The position numbers were made by a program, and so were the translations under genes. DNA of 63,887 nt, the filler included, from Octopus bimaculoides (taxonomy: Eukaryota): the NCBI RefSeq assembly GCF_001194135.2. It is 12 parts of 10 records of this genome, joined end to end, with 100 filler letters (N's around TTAATTAATTAA, not from the genome) between each part and the next. Parts side by side here need not be neighbours in the genome. Positions count along the whole stretch, not along the records: positions 26,222 to 38,449 come from NC_068986.1; positions 38,550 to 56,276 come from NC_068998.1; 10 more parts are not named here. One strand, given 5' to 3'. A model generated the notes under the pieces. That model was not told the DNA's origin. It worked only from the letters and a program-made list of their open reading frames with translations, and did no database searches. The first letter of the stretch is position 1; every line of letters starts with the position of its first letter. Below, piece by piece: positions 37,106 through 51,582 of the stretch.

Positions 37106-38173
37106 GACTAACCGATATTACATATTACATTATATATCATATGGACATTTTTTTACTCGGTGGAATAAATAATCGATTTTTATTTGTTGTTTTCCCAGGC
37201 ATAAAGTGTTTTGAATGTTTTAAAATAAAACGATATGTAAAAATTGTTACTAACATGGAAATAATTAATTAAAATCGAAAATCGAATTAATGACAGAGTC
37301 ATCAAAGGAACAGAAGCAAACTACATATTAGAAAACATATTTACTTTATCCTTTTCAGCGTAACACTCTAATATATGTAAAGTTTAAGCCGGAAAAAATC
37401 GTTGTGCTGACTTATTGACCTGCTCTAACGAAACACGATTGCGGGGAATTTAATTGTTTATTCTATTCAGATGTCAACTTTAATATTCGGGTACATAAGT
37501 ATACGCGTGACCACTTTACTTCTAGATAATGGTCTGCCCGCTTTCAAGTATGGTGTATAATGAGACACCTGAACGGGAATCCTTTTACTATGCACAACAA
37601 AACAAAACATTGAATTGTAGGAGACAGTGAGTCACAAAAAAACATATATCATTTATTTTTAAAATATTTTAGTCACGGGAATATTCCCTTGCAGGGGCAG
37701 CAGTTCGAAGTGTTTTAGTCGAACAAATCGACTCCTGTGCTTGCATCTTTCAGTGTGGTAATTATTACATCGGGGTCTTTTACCCAACCACTATGTTACG
37801 GAGATGTAAACATATCCATGCCGCTTCTCAAGGGGAGCGGTGTTAAAACGGAGGTAGCTGATGAAGTAGAATGTTCTCTATGTGGCNNNNNNNNNNTATA
37901 TATATATATATATATATATAAATAAAAGAACTATATATTATATATATATATAATTATATGTATATTAGGATGATATGCAAATTCGTGAAGTTTTCCATAT
38001 TTTTCCATAGGTGCAGGCATTGACGCGTGTTTTAGAAGCTTGCTTGATGATCACATCATTTCGGGTTCGGACCTACGGCTCGACACCAAGGGCAAATATC
38101 TTCTGTTACATCTTCGATCCGACCAAAGCCTTATCAGGGAATGTGTTACCTGGAAAATGTGTGGAACCTGTCA

Positions 38174-38209
<36 letters not shown>

Positions 38210-38631
38210 TATATACATGTGTATGTATACGTGCCTCTGTCTTTGTGTCTATCTTTCAACTCCCACTCGACAACCGGTGTTGGTTTGTTTAAGTCTTAGC
38301 GATTCGGTTTACGACGACGATAGAATAAGTACCAGACATTAAAATAACGACTAAGGTCGATTTGTTCGATTAAGCACTTGAAGCTAGTGCACCAGCATGG
38401 TCTCAACCTAATAGCTAAAACACATAAAGGATAAAAATATTATATATATNNNNNNNNNNNNNNNNNNNNNNNNNNNNNNNNNNNNNNNNNNNNTTAATTA
38501 ATTAANNNNNNNNNNNNNNNNNNNNNNNNNNNNNNNNNNNNNNNNNNNNCAGAATGGGACAAGGATGCAAAACATCCAGACATACATACGTATATATTGT
38601 GTATACATATTTATTGTATGCATGTATATAT

Positions 38632-38670
<39 letters not shown>

Positions 38671-38909
38671 GCATGTACATATGTGTATACATATATACAC
38701 ATATATTGTATATATACATACACATATATTGTATGTATATATATCTATATATATATATACATTATACATGTATATGTACATACATTGTATAAATATAGAT
38801 ACATAAATTGTATAAATATACGTACAAAAACGATATATATATATGGCCTATGCCAGGGATGTAGCCAGCCCACTTATGCGTATCTTTCCTCCATTCGACA
38901 CTAAACTCC

Positions 38910-39420
38910 ACTTGCGAAGACCTGTTGAGGCAAGTGAAATCGAAATCGAACTAAATTCGACGACTGGCCCCCATGGCAACATCTCCTCCATTGGACATTA
39001 AACTCTGCTTGCGAAGACCTGTTGGGGCAAGCGAAATCGTGATCGTTACCAGCGTCGCGTTCCTGGCACTTGTACCGCAGCTTCGCGTTCCTGGCACTTG
39101 TGCCTGTAGCACGTGAAAAGTCATTCGAGCGAGGTCGTTGCCAGAGCCGCTGGACTGGCTCCTGTGCAGGTGGCACGTAAAATACACCATTTTGAGCATG
39201 GACGTTGCCAGTACCGCCTGACTGGCCTTCGTGCCAGTGGCACGTAAAAGCACCCACTACACTCTCGGAGTGGTTGGCATTAGGAAGGGCATCCAACTGT
39301 AGAAACTCTGCTAAATCAGATTGGAGCCTGGTGTAGCCATCTGGTTCACCAGTCCTCTGTCAAATCGTCCAACCCATGCTAGCATGGAAAGCGGACATTA
39401 AACGATGGTGATGATGATGA
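38910..39420 (+). mobile_element. Family-B RTE 3'UTR-derived element, long copy (also ~55940-56280 -, 60845-61170 +)
   Basis: CTTGCGAAGACCTGTTG head (duplicated), ~64-67-bp subrepeats, (GAT)n tail. Confidence 0.8.
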
Positions 39421-40819
39421 TATAAATATACATATATAAATTGTATAAATATAGATGTGTATTCATATACATATATGTGTGTGCATTTATTCAATGTATA
39501 GATAGATAGATAGATAGATAGATAGATGATAGATAGATAGATAGATATTTTCCTGAAGGCCGGTTTATGGGGTTACCCTGGGTTTGCCACCCATAAAGGT
39601 TTTAAGTTTAAGCGTATCACCATACCCCAAGAGCTGTTCGGCTCAGATATGCATGTGTGTGTGTATTAGATAGATACATACATGTGTACAAATATGGGGA
39701 TTTAGTTGATTGGTGATCTAAACGATTAGGTACGCTAAGTAAGTGCTTTAACAGATTAATAGGGCTCCAAGGTTATAGCTGAAACGATAGTTATGGCTGT
39801 GTTTGTGCTGTGTATTTATATATATATATTATACACACACACATCTGTATCTTTATAGATTCACACACGCACATATATATATATATATATATGTACACAT
39901 ATACATATCTACACATATATACAGGTATATAGTATATATACTATATACTTATACAGATTTCTATATACACCACAAAAGAAAAAAAGGATTGAAGTTCCTT
40001 CCCGAGTCCTGGGAGCATGAAACCAGTTTCGCAGATTCTGAGGCATACATATTCACACCTTGGACAAGAGGCGGGCCAGTAGGAGGATTACTCATTTTTG
40101 GCAGGTATGTGGAATGGTGTAATGTGAAATAAAGTCCAAGAATCGAAACGTCAATCTTCTGATCAGTATTACGATCATGAGTGCAACACCCTAACCACTA
40201 AGCCGCGCGCACATATATGTATATACATAACATATACATATGGATATATGTTATTACCTAATGTATATGTATATATTACATATATACATGCACACGTATA
40301 TNNNNNNNNNNATATATATATAATGCATGCGTATATATTTCATCTACACACACGTATACATGTGTGTGAAAATATAGGGATATATATCAATATATACCTC
40401 TGTGTGTGTAGGTGTATAAATATACACAAAGCGTTGTATTTTTATTAGTGTATCTATGCACCTATCTGCACAATACATAGCGACACCCCTATGCAATAAC
40501 ATTGACAAACATCGTATGACACCGCTTTAGTCTCAAATCAAAAACTGGACAGGTACCCTCTATATATAAGAGAATCATAGTATGATCGTCTTCTGTTTTC
40601 AAAGAACATGACATGTACGCATTGTCTCTTAATACTGAATTTTAAAATTTCACATTGAGAATTAGCTACAACTACATATAGACAGATACATACGAATTGT
40701 GTTAGTTTCACACATTTGTATTTGTTTACAGCCAACTGCCTGATTGCACTTCGTGATTGTTGCGCACACATTGATGTGTATCTATCAGCTAAGTGTATGT
40801 TTATACCATTTTGACTTAC

Positions 40820-42155
40820 CTTGTTTAAAATCTTGTAACATATTATCCAGTTTATGGTCGTCAAAAACAAACAACACGGGGTGATTGTAAAACTTGCACA
40901 CCGCTCTCAAAGGGGTTTTATCGTCAGGATCAATTAAGGCTAAATCCTTGATGTTGAGAATAGCTACGATATTTTCACGGTCTTTCTCATAAACAGGTAT
41001 TCGAGTGTAACCTTGTTTCATGGCCTCAGACACTGTCTCAAAATCTAAGATAGTGTTGAGTTCTAGCATAAAAACATCACTCATTTTAGTCATAGCATCT
41101 TTCGCCGTTTTTTTAGTTAGAGCCAACGCTCCGGAGATTATGTCTACTTCTTCACATTTCAAATCTTTCGCCAACCTAATAAGCTGCTGCAATTTTTCTC
41201 GGTTGTACACCTGACCGATTTCTTCTCCCAGAATTTTGTCCAATATTAAACTAACAGGATAGGAGAGGGGAAATGTCAAGACCATAAATAAGCGTGTAAT
41301 CCATACAGTGCGGGCTCCGACAGCTAGTCCATGGCGCGAACAAATGGCTTGTGGTACTATCTCTCCAAAAACAACAATACCTACGGTGGCTGATATGACG
41401 GCAAAAACACCACTGCCGGTCAAATCATCCATCAAGATAGTTAATGTGTTGTTCACTAAAACATTACCTAAAAGTAAAGTACAAAGTAAAAAGTTTCCCT
41501 TCTCTCGGACTGGTCGTATAATCCGCGCGAAACGCTTCTCAGATTTGGAACCTGACTGTTCGATAATCTTTAATTCTGTTTTATCCAAAGACATCAACCC
41601 TAAATTCAAACCACTGAAAAGGCCTGACAAGCATAACAGAACAATTATCAAAATTATTTGGATCCATACAGGTAACAAAGTCTTTCTATATGTTTCAGCC
41701 TTAAGTCGGAGCCAAGAGTCGCTACCCTGGTGGATCCAATGATCCATTTTCACGGAATTTACGGTGTAAGATTGCTTTATACACAAATAATAATAAGTTT
41801 CTCCGGGAAGTAGAGGGTTCAATGTTACTTTAAATATCACTGATATATTTGCTTCGGACGATGAGGCCACGAAAGCGCTGGTCCGCTTCAAATCACTGCA
41901 GCTGTTGTTCCTCTGTTGCTCGTTGGTTGTGAAGGATACTTCTGTTTCATCGGAGAGTTCATGGCCGATCAGTCGGATTTTCTGTTTGATTGAATCATAT
42001 ATTATTTGGGACCCCGTTTTATCCTTTTTTATAGATTCCTCTTCAATTAAAACTGCGTCAACACGGACCGCCTGCACCCAACGCTGAGCTGAGTGCAGGA
42101 GGCCAAATATCAAGAGAACCATTCGAATCCCATGGTGACACAACGAAGTGGCCAT
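40820..42155 (-). CDS. CNNM: CNNM-family metal (Mg2+) transporter, exon 1 (445 codons + 1 nt)
   Basis: Hydrophobic N-terminus; [70 protein letters not shown] are CNNM/DUF21 and CBS motifs; CAAG|GTAAGT phase-1 donor at the position typical of CNNM genes. Paralogue not assignable. Confidence 0.95.
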
Positions 42156-42245
42156 GTTCTTTGACCCACTGCCGGAAGTTTAGATTTTCGTCCCTCCCAT
42201 TTCCTTCACCCAAAACTCTAATCTGAATGCTATTACGCATGCGCT
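42144..42245. promoter_or_regulatory. Housekeeping-type proximal promoter motifs of CNNM
   Basis: ETS-type CCGGAAGT (42172-42179), NRF1-type ACGCATGCGC (42235-42244), YY1-type AACATGGC over the start codon. Confidence 0.5.
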
Positions 42246-43499
42246 TCTTCAAAACAATAATTTCCTGTTGAATGACAAGGTTACACGCCTTTCACAGTTA
42301 TTATTATCACTACTGCAAGGAGGCGTGTCCTCAAATGCGTCATAATTTGTGGTGGTTTCGATTCTCAGTTAAAGCCGTTAAACTTAATCAATTCACGTCG
42401 CTAATTTCTCAAGGACATCAGGCACTGACGTTACTCGTGCCCTTGAGAAAGAATGAACATTCTGTTTCCTTAAAATATCCAAAGGTCAGAGAAGTGTAAG
42501 AAATAAATATTTTATTTGTTATTTATTCTTTGTCTAGTAACATATATTTGTATTGATAGGAAAGTCTATGGATCGATTTCAATTCCTGCTCGATAATGTA
42601 TATGAAAAAAGCTAGAAGGTCACTTTTATTTCCCTTGCTTCATTATGCATATGTAATAGATGATTATTTTGTTTTTGGCTGATTATAAACATTAGGATTC
42701 ATTACATATAAAGCTATAACTAAACATATTGAATATAACGTAAAACAACGTCCAAGAAATTAATATAGTCGTTTTCCCTTTGATAACACAAAAAAAGAGA
42801 AAAATGCTCCCCACCCCGAACTCTGTATTTATAAACAAAGGAGTGTTTTCACGGTTAATGGTGTAAAGTCTAAATTTCCATCAAATCACACCCACCGAAT
42901 CAGAAAAGTTAATCCACATTGAACAATAAATTAAAATAAAAAGCACGAATAGTGATCGTTCGACTACCTTTCATTATCGGGTCTGCTCGAGTAAGGCTGA
43001 TTTGGGTGTAAGAAGCAATTGTGCACATTCACACACGCATGTACATATGTATATAGATGCAGTTTAGCCGAACGTTTAAGGTGTTCAGTTTTTCATGAAG
43101 TTCAGATTTTTACACCACTGAGTAGCATCTTGTATGTCTTTTAATATAGCATGGGGTCGACCTATGTTTTATGAGTGAAACTGGGGAGAGAATAATTGTG
43201 TGAAAAACTTGTAACTCAATGGCTAGGTCCTGGTACTTTGCTATTTTCTCTATACCTCTCATATTGACTTTCTAATCATTTGGCACTGTAAAATCAATTA
43301 TCTGGCACTTTCTATTTTCTTTGCCCGCTTATATTAAATCAGGCTTTCTAGCTTCTGTTACTCTATCCGTCTGAGTGTTAAAGTCTCACAGCTTTGGTTC
43401 ATGTTCATACCATTTATCAGTATGGTCAAATCGTACCTTTGTACATAACTCCCACTGTATTATTTTCCCTAGGTTGTCAAGTCTCTTCTTCATTATTAT

Positions 43500-44830
43500 T
43501 ATTTAAGGCGGTGAGCTGGCAAAATCGTTAGCACACTGGACGAAATGCTTAGCAGTATTTCGCCCGTGCTACGTTCTGAGTTCAAATTCTTCCAAGGTCG
43601 ACTTTACCCTTTATCCTTTCGGGGTTGATAAATTAAATACCAGGGAAACACTGAGGTCGATGTAATAGACTTATTCCCTCCCCAAAAATTTCAGGCCTTG
43701 TGCCTACAGTAGAAAGAGTTGTTGTTGTTGTTGTTCTTCTTCTTCTTCTTAATAATAATAAGAAGAAGGTGGTGAGCTGGCAGAATCATTAGCATGCCAG
43801 GCGGAATGCTTTACAACACTTTCGAAATGCTTAGTGGTATTTCGCCTGTCACTACGTTCTGAGTTCAAATTCCACTAAGGTCGACTTTGCCTTTCAACCT
43901 TTCAGGGTCAATAAAATAAGTACCAGTTGAACACTGGGATCGATGTAATCGATTCATCCTCTCCCCCAAAATTTCTGCCCTTATAGCAAAATTTGAACCC
44001 ATTATTATTATTATTATCATTATTATTATTGGGGCAGCAAGCTGGCAAAGTTGTTAGCACATCGGGCAAAATGCTTAGCAGTATTCCGTCTGTCACTACG
44101 TTCTGAGTTCAAATTCCGCTGAGGTCACCTTTGCCCTTCATCCTTTTGGGGTTGAAAAATTAAGTACAAGTTGTGTACTGGAGTTAATCTAATCGACTGG
44201 CCCCCTCCCCAAAACTTTCAGGTCTTATGCCTATTGTAGAAAGGACTATCATTATTGTTAGTGATCTGTCAGAATGTCAAAAAAAAAATGCAATATTCTT
44301 ACCAGCTTTTTACATTCTGAGTTCATTGAAGTCAACGTTACTATTCATCTTTTCAGGAGTCCATAACATAAAGTACAAGTCAAATATTCTTTTCTACCCT
44401 AGGCACAAGGCCCAAAATTTTTGGGGAAGGGGGACAGTCGATTAGATCGAGTCCAGTACACAACGGGTACATAATTTATTGACCCCGAAAGAATGAAAGG
44501 CAAAATTGACCTCAGCGAAATTTGATCTCAGAATGTAAAGACAGATGAAATACCGCTAAGCATTTCGCCTGGCATGCTAATGTTTCTGCCAAGTTGAATA
44601 TTACGCCATTAGTAGTAGTAATAACAGTAGTAGTAAGGCAGTGAGCTGGTAGAATCATTAGGTTGCCAGGTAAAATGCTTAGCAGTGTTTCATCCGTCTT
44701 TATGCTTTAAGTTCAGATTCCATCAAGGTTGATTTTGCCTCTCATCCTTTTGTGGTCAATGAAATAAATACCAGTTAAGCACCGGGGTCAATGTAATTGA
44801 TTTACCCACTCCCCCAAAATTTCCAGGCTT
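43500..44830. mobile_element. Cluster of about five family-D SINEs, mostly head-to-tail, one inverted
   Basis: Repeated GAGCTGG..AATCGTTAGCA...GAGTTCAAATT...AGTACCAG units separated by (ATT)n and other simple tracts. Confidence 0.85.
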
Positions 44831-44859
44831 TAAAACCATTATTATTTTTATTCCTTCAT

Positions 44860-45290
44860 TTCATGCAGTCATTATCTTGTGAATACTAGACTGTTTTATT
44901 GTAACCTCAGATAGTACTTTCTGCAGGATGTTTGCTGTTCCCAAAAGTGTCATTTTTTGCAATGTTGTAATGCTGGAATAGACTCCAATTGTATCAAGGT
45001 ATTTTCTAGAGGCTTTTTTTTTTTTTTTTTTGTCACCAACCCAAGTGCTCCAATCACAGTTGGTACTATTCTTGCTTTTTCCACATTCTTTCAACATCTA
45101 ACATCAAGTCTGCATATTTTACAATTTTCTCACTTTCTTTATCATTGATGTAATAATCTGCTGAGCAAACTACATTGATCAGCAAACACCTCCTTACAGT
45201 ACATTTCTCCACCAAAGTTATGTCCAGCCTCGTATGTTCAAGGATTCTATCTGTTTGGATTGTAAAGTCCCACAGAAGTTTCACTGTTTT
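44860..45290 (-). mobile_element. R4/NeSL-type LINE endonuclease (REL) fragment
   Basis: KLLWDFTIQTDRILEHTRLDI...KESEKIVKYADLMLDVERMWK. Confidence 0.75.
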
Positions 45291-46429
45291 AATTTTTTAG
45301 GATCTTCTTTGGTTCGTACTGATACAATTTCTCAGTGGTTGGAAACCCATATTTCTTGCATAAAGTGGTGATGTAAGCATACTTTATCATGAAACCTTTT
45401 ATGGCACTCCATCACAACATTGAGGGTTTCAGTTGAGCCAATCAACAGAACAACCAGCTTGTGAAATTAACGTGCAAGTGGTTGAGTACTCCACAGACAC
45501 ACATACTCTTAACATAGTTCTCAGAGAGATTCAATGTGACACAGAATGTGACAAGGCTGGCCCTTTTGAAATACAGATACTACTCACTTTTGCCAGCTGA
45601 ATGAACTGGAGCAACATGAAATAAAGTGTCTTGCTCAAGGACACAACGCCACTGGGAATCAATCTCGTGGCCATACAATCATGAACCAAATACCCTACTC
45701 ACTAACCCATGCGCCTTTTTTATACTCTCTCTGCCATAAGAATGTCACAGGCACTCACAATGTGTGTCACACTTTCTGCCTTCTTTCCTCATAACCTACA
45801 CTTATTTCTTCCTTCTGGGTTATATATATATTCCTAATCAAGTTTGTGTTTAGTGCTTGATCCTGAGCAACCACCTACAAACTCTATGCCTCTCTTTTAA
45901 GATCACTTTTTGTCAACCAATTCCATGATGATTCTACCTTTACTCCCTTCATTTGTTTTTCAAATTGACCATGTAATTCCATACTCTCCTACATGCTCAT
46001 TTTCTTAGCTAGCAACATGTTTCTTTACTTTCAGTAGTTTCAATGCATATACGACTGCTTTTGGCAACATACTTTAAAAGTTTCTTCTCTACTACTGGCC
46101 AAATAAAAATCTAAACACCTGAATTCACCAGCTACACAATATTTCATGCTTACAAGTCTTCATCCTCTTGCATTACTCAGTGTATATAGCCTTATCATAT
46201 TTGCCTTTGGGTGCAATGCACTGTTGTTGACTGTTTTCTTTCATGTTAACCTGTCCTTCTTCTCTTAAATAACCCTCTCCTCCAAATTTATTACTATTAT
46301 TATTATTATGAACCAATCTCAGGATGTTGGACTTCACAGAGAAAATGACAATGGACTAAGATGTCTGGTGATAATGAGGTGCTTGAGAAGACCCACCCAT
46401 GTCAGCAAAACTGAGTTCTAGAAATGCTG

Positions 46430-46795
46430 TGTGTTCCACCCACATGTAACAAGAAAACTTTACAAACACCCTACCCCAACAAACCAAACTACATCTCTTC
46501 TCTTCCTCACATTTCCTCTTTCATGCACTATGCTTACCTCCTGCTCTCCAATCCTGTCCTCTTGGCCCTGTTTCACTGTATCATTGCTATCCGCTAGCCC
46601 CTGACCTGTGTGTTCCACCCACACTTAACAAGAAAACTTCTTACACACCCTACCACAACAAACCAAACTACATCTCTACATTTCTTCTCTTCCTCACATT
46701 TCCTCCTTCATGCACTATGCTTACCTATCACTCTCCAATCCTGTCTTTACAGCCCTGTTTCTCTATATCATTGCTATCTGGTAGTCCCTCAACCT
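46430..46795. repeat. Diverged tandem duplication, about 180-bp unit
   Basis: TGTGTTCCACCCACA...AACAAACCAAACTACATCTCT...CATGCACTATGCTTACCT...ATCATTGCTATC starts at ~46430 and ~46609. Confidence 0.8.
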
Positions 46796-48399
46796 CTATA
46801 TATCCAGGTTTTCACCACTCACTGCATTCCTCTTCACCACTCTCTACTCACACTTCTTTGGCAATATGTTGCCACTTATATTATGACTTTTGAATCTCAA
46901 GGGTATGCCTTGGCACTTACCACCATCTATCTCTCTCTTCTTTTACTCGACCATCCCATTTATATCCTGATCCCTGTCCTTTGTGAATTGACTGACACTT
47001 TGCTAGCGCCATCTCTATCCTGCTATCTCCCTCTCTCTCTCTCTCTCTTCTCCTGTGCTTCCGTCTGGTTGGGTAGCCATCTATCTCCTTTACAGCAGCA
47101 CATCTGTTTCTATTTTTGTTCCTGATCTCTCCCCCCCCCCGCTCTCTCTCTCTCTCTGGCTGCATAGCCTTGTACCTCCTCTACAGCATGACACTTGTTT
47201 CTGTCTCTCTGTCTCACTATAACCTTTCATCTTCTGACACAAGATCACCTCCTCCAATGCTCATTTCCCTCTCAAAAGATTTTGTCTTGCTAGTTACTTG
47301 GTGACCCTGTCAGAGCAGGTGCCACTTAAAAGCATCCAGTCTACACTGTAAAGTGGTTGGCATTTGGTAGGGCATCCAACTGTAAAAAGTGGTCATGCCT
47401 AAGGCTAAAGTCTTGTTTTCAATCTCAATCAGTGCTAGATTGTATATTGTACTCAATTTCATTTTTACCAAATAATTTAGGAAGGAGGGAATGGGTTATT
47501 CCCCTTGGAAGCTTAAAAATAATTACACCCACCATTCAACCGCGCCCAAATGTTGTTCCTCTGCCGTTTACCCGAACATGTTTTCAAAATCAATTTATAT
47601 CTAAAATCTCCCCAGACACATAAGCAATGTGCGTGTGAAGTTTAAGAAAAATCAGTCTAGCCATTTTGGCACAAAACGAGGACATACCGATACATACACA
47701 CACAAATTTTCAGTTTTAATATGTAAGATTATTTAAGGCAGCAAGCTGGCAGAGTTGTTAGCATGCCAGACAAAATACTTAGTGGCATTTTGTCCATCAC
47801 TACATTCTGAATTCAAACTCCACCAAGGTCGACTTTGCCTTTCATCCTTTCAGGGTCGATAAATTAAGTACCAGTGAAACACTGGGGCTGATGTAATCGA
47901 CTAGTCCTCTCCCCCAAAATTTCAGGCCTTGTGCCTATAGTAGAAAGGATTATTATCAATAATATCAATACACCAACATTTTGTTTTTGTACGCACCTGT
48001 GGCGTGTGTCACACTTACTTCAAAGGAAGAAGTGAGTGGCAAAGAAGGAGAGAGGAGGACAGAGAGGAAGTGAGAGAGGCAGTGAGTGGTAACGGTGTTC
48101 GTTTTGTGTTTTTAAATGTTTATCAGTATTTTTAGAGTAGACTGATACATAGATCGAAAGAAAACTAGATACATTGATACATAAACACATTGTTAAATTA
48201 AAAGCAGGAGAGAGGATGGACACAGAAGAAGTGAGAGAGACAATAGATACATAGAGCGAAAGAAAAGTTGATACATAGATACATAGACTCATTGTTAAAT
48301 CAACTACAGCAAATATTGGATGTCACTTTCACTTTTCATTACCACACAAGGATAAAATTAACTCGCAAGTGGCTGAGTACTCCAGAGACATGCATACCA

Positions 48400-49625
48400 T
48401 TACTTTTAACAATGAAGAAGAGGGAAAGATATTTAGAAATGAATAAAGGAAAAGTGTTTATGTTTTCATTCTGGGAGTTCTAGAAAGATTGAGTGTTAGT
48501 TCTCTCTTCTTACCCCCACCCCCGGTACTTATTTGCCTTCTTTCATAGTTCTTCATGTCTTAATTGGAGGGGGAAAGACCATGTTTTTTTTTTCCAGGCA
48601 TATTTAACATTTTCTCTACAAACTATAAACAAGCCACCCACCTCAGCCTCACACAGATTATGACAAGGCTGGCCCCTTTCAATTACAGCTACTACTCATT
48701 TTGGCCAGCTGAGTGGACGAGAGCAAGATAAACCTTCAAGTGGTTGGAAGAAAATGAAAAAACGATCCTATATAGGGGCAGGGAAATCTTTTTAGTCATT
48801 AGGGTCACTATAGATGTTAATCTGGTCCTAACAGCGGCATTGGTGGGTCTCACAGATCTGGAGGCCAATCCCCCACCCCCATTAGACACTGGTGTGCAGG
48901 TTGTTGTTATCAAACTGAGCAATTATTTCATCTTAGTTTTCACTGCTTATACTAAACACATGACATTTTTGCCTTACAATATGGAACATTTCCTTTTCTT
49001 TCACTTTTTTTAAAATGGCATTCTGTCGGTTATGGCAACGAGGTTCCTGTTTATCTGATCAACGGAACAATCTGCTTCTAAAATTAACATGCAAGTGGCT
49101 GAGTACTCCACAGACATGCATACCATAACGTAGTTCTCGGAGATTCAGCCTTACACAGAATGTGACAAGGCTCCTCTTTGAATCACAGCTGAGTGGACTG
49201 CAGTAAAGTACCTTGCTCAAGAACACAGCCCACCACTGGTAATCATACTCCTGGGCCGAATACCCCTAACCACTGAGCCATGCCCCTTCAATCTCTTAAA
49301 CGTAGAGAAAAGGAGTGAAGCGATAGTGACAGAGAAAGGAAAGCATCAGTCATTTGAAATTACAATTAGACTGAAATACAATCAATCTTTTCTAACTTCG
49401 TTATTTTTAACAATGAAGAAGAGAGAAAGACATTTAGTAATGAATAGAGGGAAAGTCTTTCAAGTGTTTATGTTTTCATTCTGAGAATTCTTGAAGGATC
49501 AAGTGTTATTTCTCTCTTCTTTCCCCCCACCTCTGGTACTTATTTGCCTTCTTTCATAGTTCTTCATGTCTTTTAGTTGGGGGAAAGACCATGTTTAACA
49601 TTTTCTCTACAAACTACAAACAGGC
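48400..49625. repeat. About 230-bp direct repeat (~48400-48635 and ~49400-49625)
   Basis: TTTTAACAATGAAGAAGAG...GGTACTTATTTGCCTTCTTTCATAGTTCTTCATGTCTT...GGAAAGACCATG...TTTAACATTTTCTCTACAAACTA occurs twice. Confidence 0.85.
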
Positions 49626-50299
49626 CCCCTTCCCTTTTTTTTTTTTCATACAAAACTAATGCAAATTTCAAATGGGTTATAGCTATGAAAAGAGCCCAGA
49701 AAAATGGATAATACTTCCTACAAAATGGGTAGGAGTAAAAAGTTGCCAACAGGTAGCTACACAAAATTCAACTCGATATTTTAAAGAGTGTCTTCTACTA
49801 TCGCCTCATGAGTGGATTTGGTAGACAGCAACTGAAAGAAGCCTGTCATATATATATATACATATATATCTATCTATCTATCTATATATATATATATAGA
49901 TAGATAGATATATATATATATAGATAGATGTAGGTGTCTTTTTGGATGAGCATAGTGAAAAGATGGTGACAGGGAATTTCAGAAATCCCAAGAAATACAC
50001 AGTCAGGTGGGCAAGCAGAAAAGCCAGGTACTCTGATTTGACCTAACAAGTGGGTACCCACTAGTGTATGGATGAGTGGCTCTAAATGTTTTATATATAA
50101 TTACTCTAAGTATATTTTGTTTTAATTATTGAGTGTTTTTTCAGTAACTTTCTACTTATTCATCAAATTTTTAATCTCTTTGTTTAGTCCTCACTGCATC
50201 TTTATATAACTTTGTCTACCCATACCCACTTGTATTCTAAACTCCATGTTCTTTAATGTCTTTTGTATGTATTTTACATGTTTCTGTGAGCCATTAAGA

Positions 50300-51280
50300 A
50301 AAGATTATTATTAAGACAGCTTTAGATTCTGAATTCTCGTTTTTTCAGAGTCAATATAATACGTTGCACTGAGGTCAATGTAATCAGCTAAACTGCTTTC
50401 CCTACACTTTCCTGGTCTAAGATGATAGGCTGACAAAATTATTAGCATGTCAGACAAAATGTTTAGCAACATTTCCTCTGGCACTTTGTATCCTGAATTC
50501 AAATCCTGCTAAGGACTACTTCACATTTCATCTTTCTGACATCTACAAAGTAAAGTACCAGTGAACTACTGGAATCAATTTTATCAACTTCCCCATCCTT
50601 TAAAATTGCTGGGCTTCAGCCAAAATTCAAAATCATTATTATTAAGATGATGAGCTGGCAGAATTGTTAGTACATCAGACAAAATGCTAAACATTTCTTC
50701 AAGCTCTTTACTTTATAAGTTCAAATCCTGCCAATGTCAAATTTGCCTTTCAACTGTTTGAGGTCAGCAAAATAAAGCACCAGTGAAGTACTAGGGTTGA
50801 TTTAATCAATTTCCCCATACTCAAAATTGCTGGCCTTGTGCCAAAATTATTATTATTATTACACCGGGTAAAATGCTTAGCAGCATTTCATCTGTCTGCA
50901 CATTCTGAGTTCAAATTCCACTGAGGTTGACTTTGCCTTTCATCCTTTTGGGGTCAATAAAGTAAGTACCAGTTGAACAATGAGGATGGTGTAATCGACT
51001 TACCCCTTCCCCAAAAACTGCTGACCGTATACCAAAATTTGAAACCATTATTATTATCATTATGTAGGTTGCAAGCTTAGAGAATCGTTAGCACACCAGA
51101 CAAAATACTTTGAGGAATTTTGTCTGGCTTTACATTCTGAGTCCAAATTCCATCAAGGTCAGATTTGCCTTTCATCCTTTCAGGAATGATAAAGTAAATG
51201 ACAGTTGAGTAATAGGTTCAAGATAATGACTAACCACTCCCCTTAAAATTATTGGCCTTGTACCAAAATTAGAATAAATT
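50300..51280. mobile_element. Cluster of 4-5 degenerate family-D SINEs, head-to-tail
   Basis: Same motifs as 43.5-44.8 kb, with (ATT)n spacers. Confidence 0.8.
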
Positions 51281-51582
51281 ATTGTGTATATATGTGTGTG
51301 TGTGTGTGTGTCAATAATAGTAAGGATTATATATACATCATTACATATGTGTGTGTTTCTGTGTGTGGAAAAGAATATACACTGCAAAAGATGCCCATCA
51401 TTGCCACATCTATGCTGCTCATATTTAAGAGAACATTCTAACAATGGCATTACTTGAAATTAAGTTACAGCATGGAAAATGGATGTTAAATGATGATATG
51501 TTAATATATGTATATATGCACATATATATATATTTGCATGTATGCGTATCTATATATAAATATATAGATTTGAAACATAATA

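Noticed and set aside
41020-42087. Plus-strand ORFs of 60-144 aa overlapping CNNM exon 1
   Set aside because: Shadow frames antisense to a real coding exon; no independent motifs.
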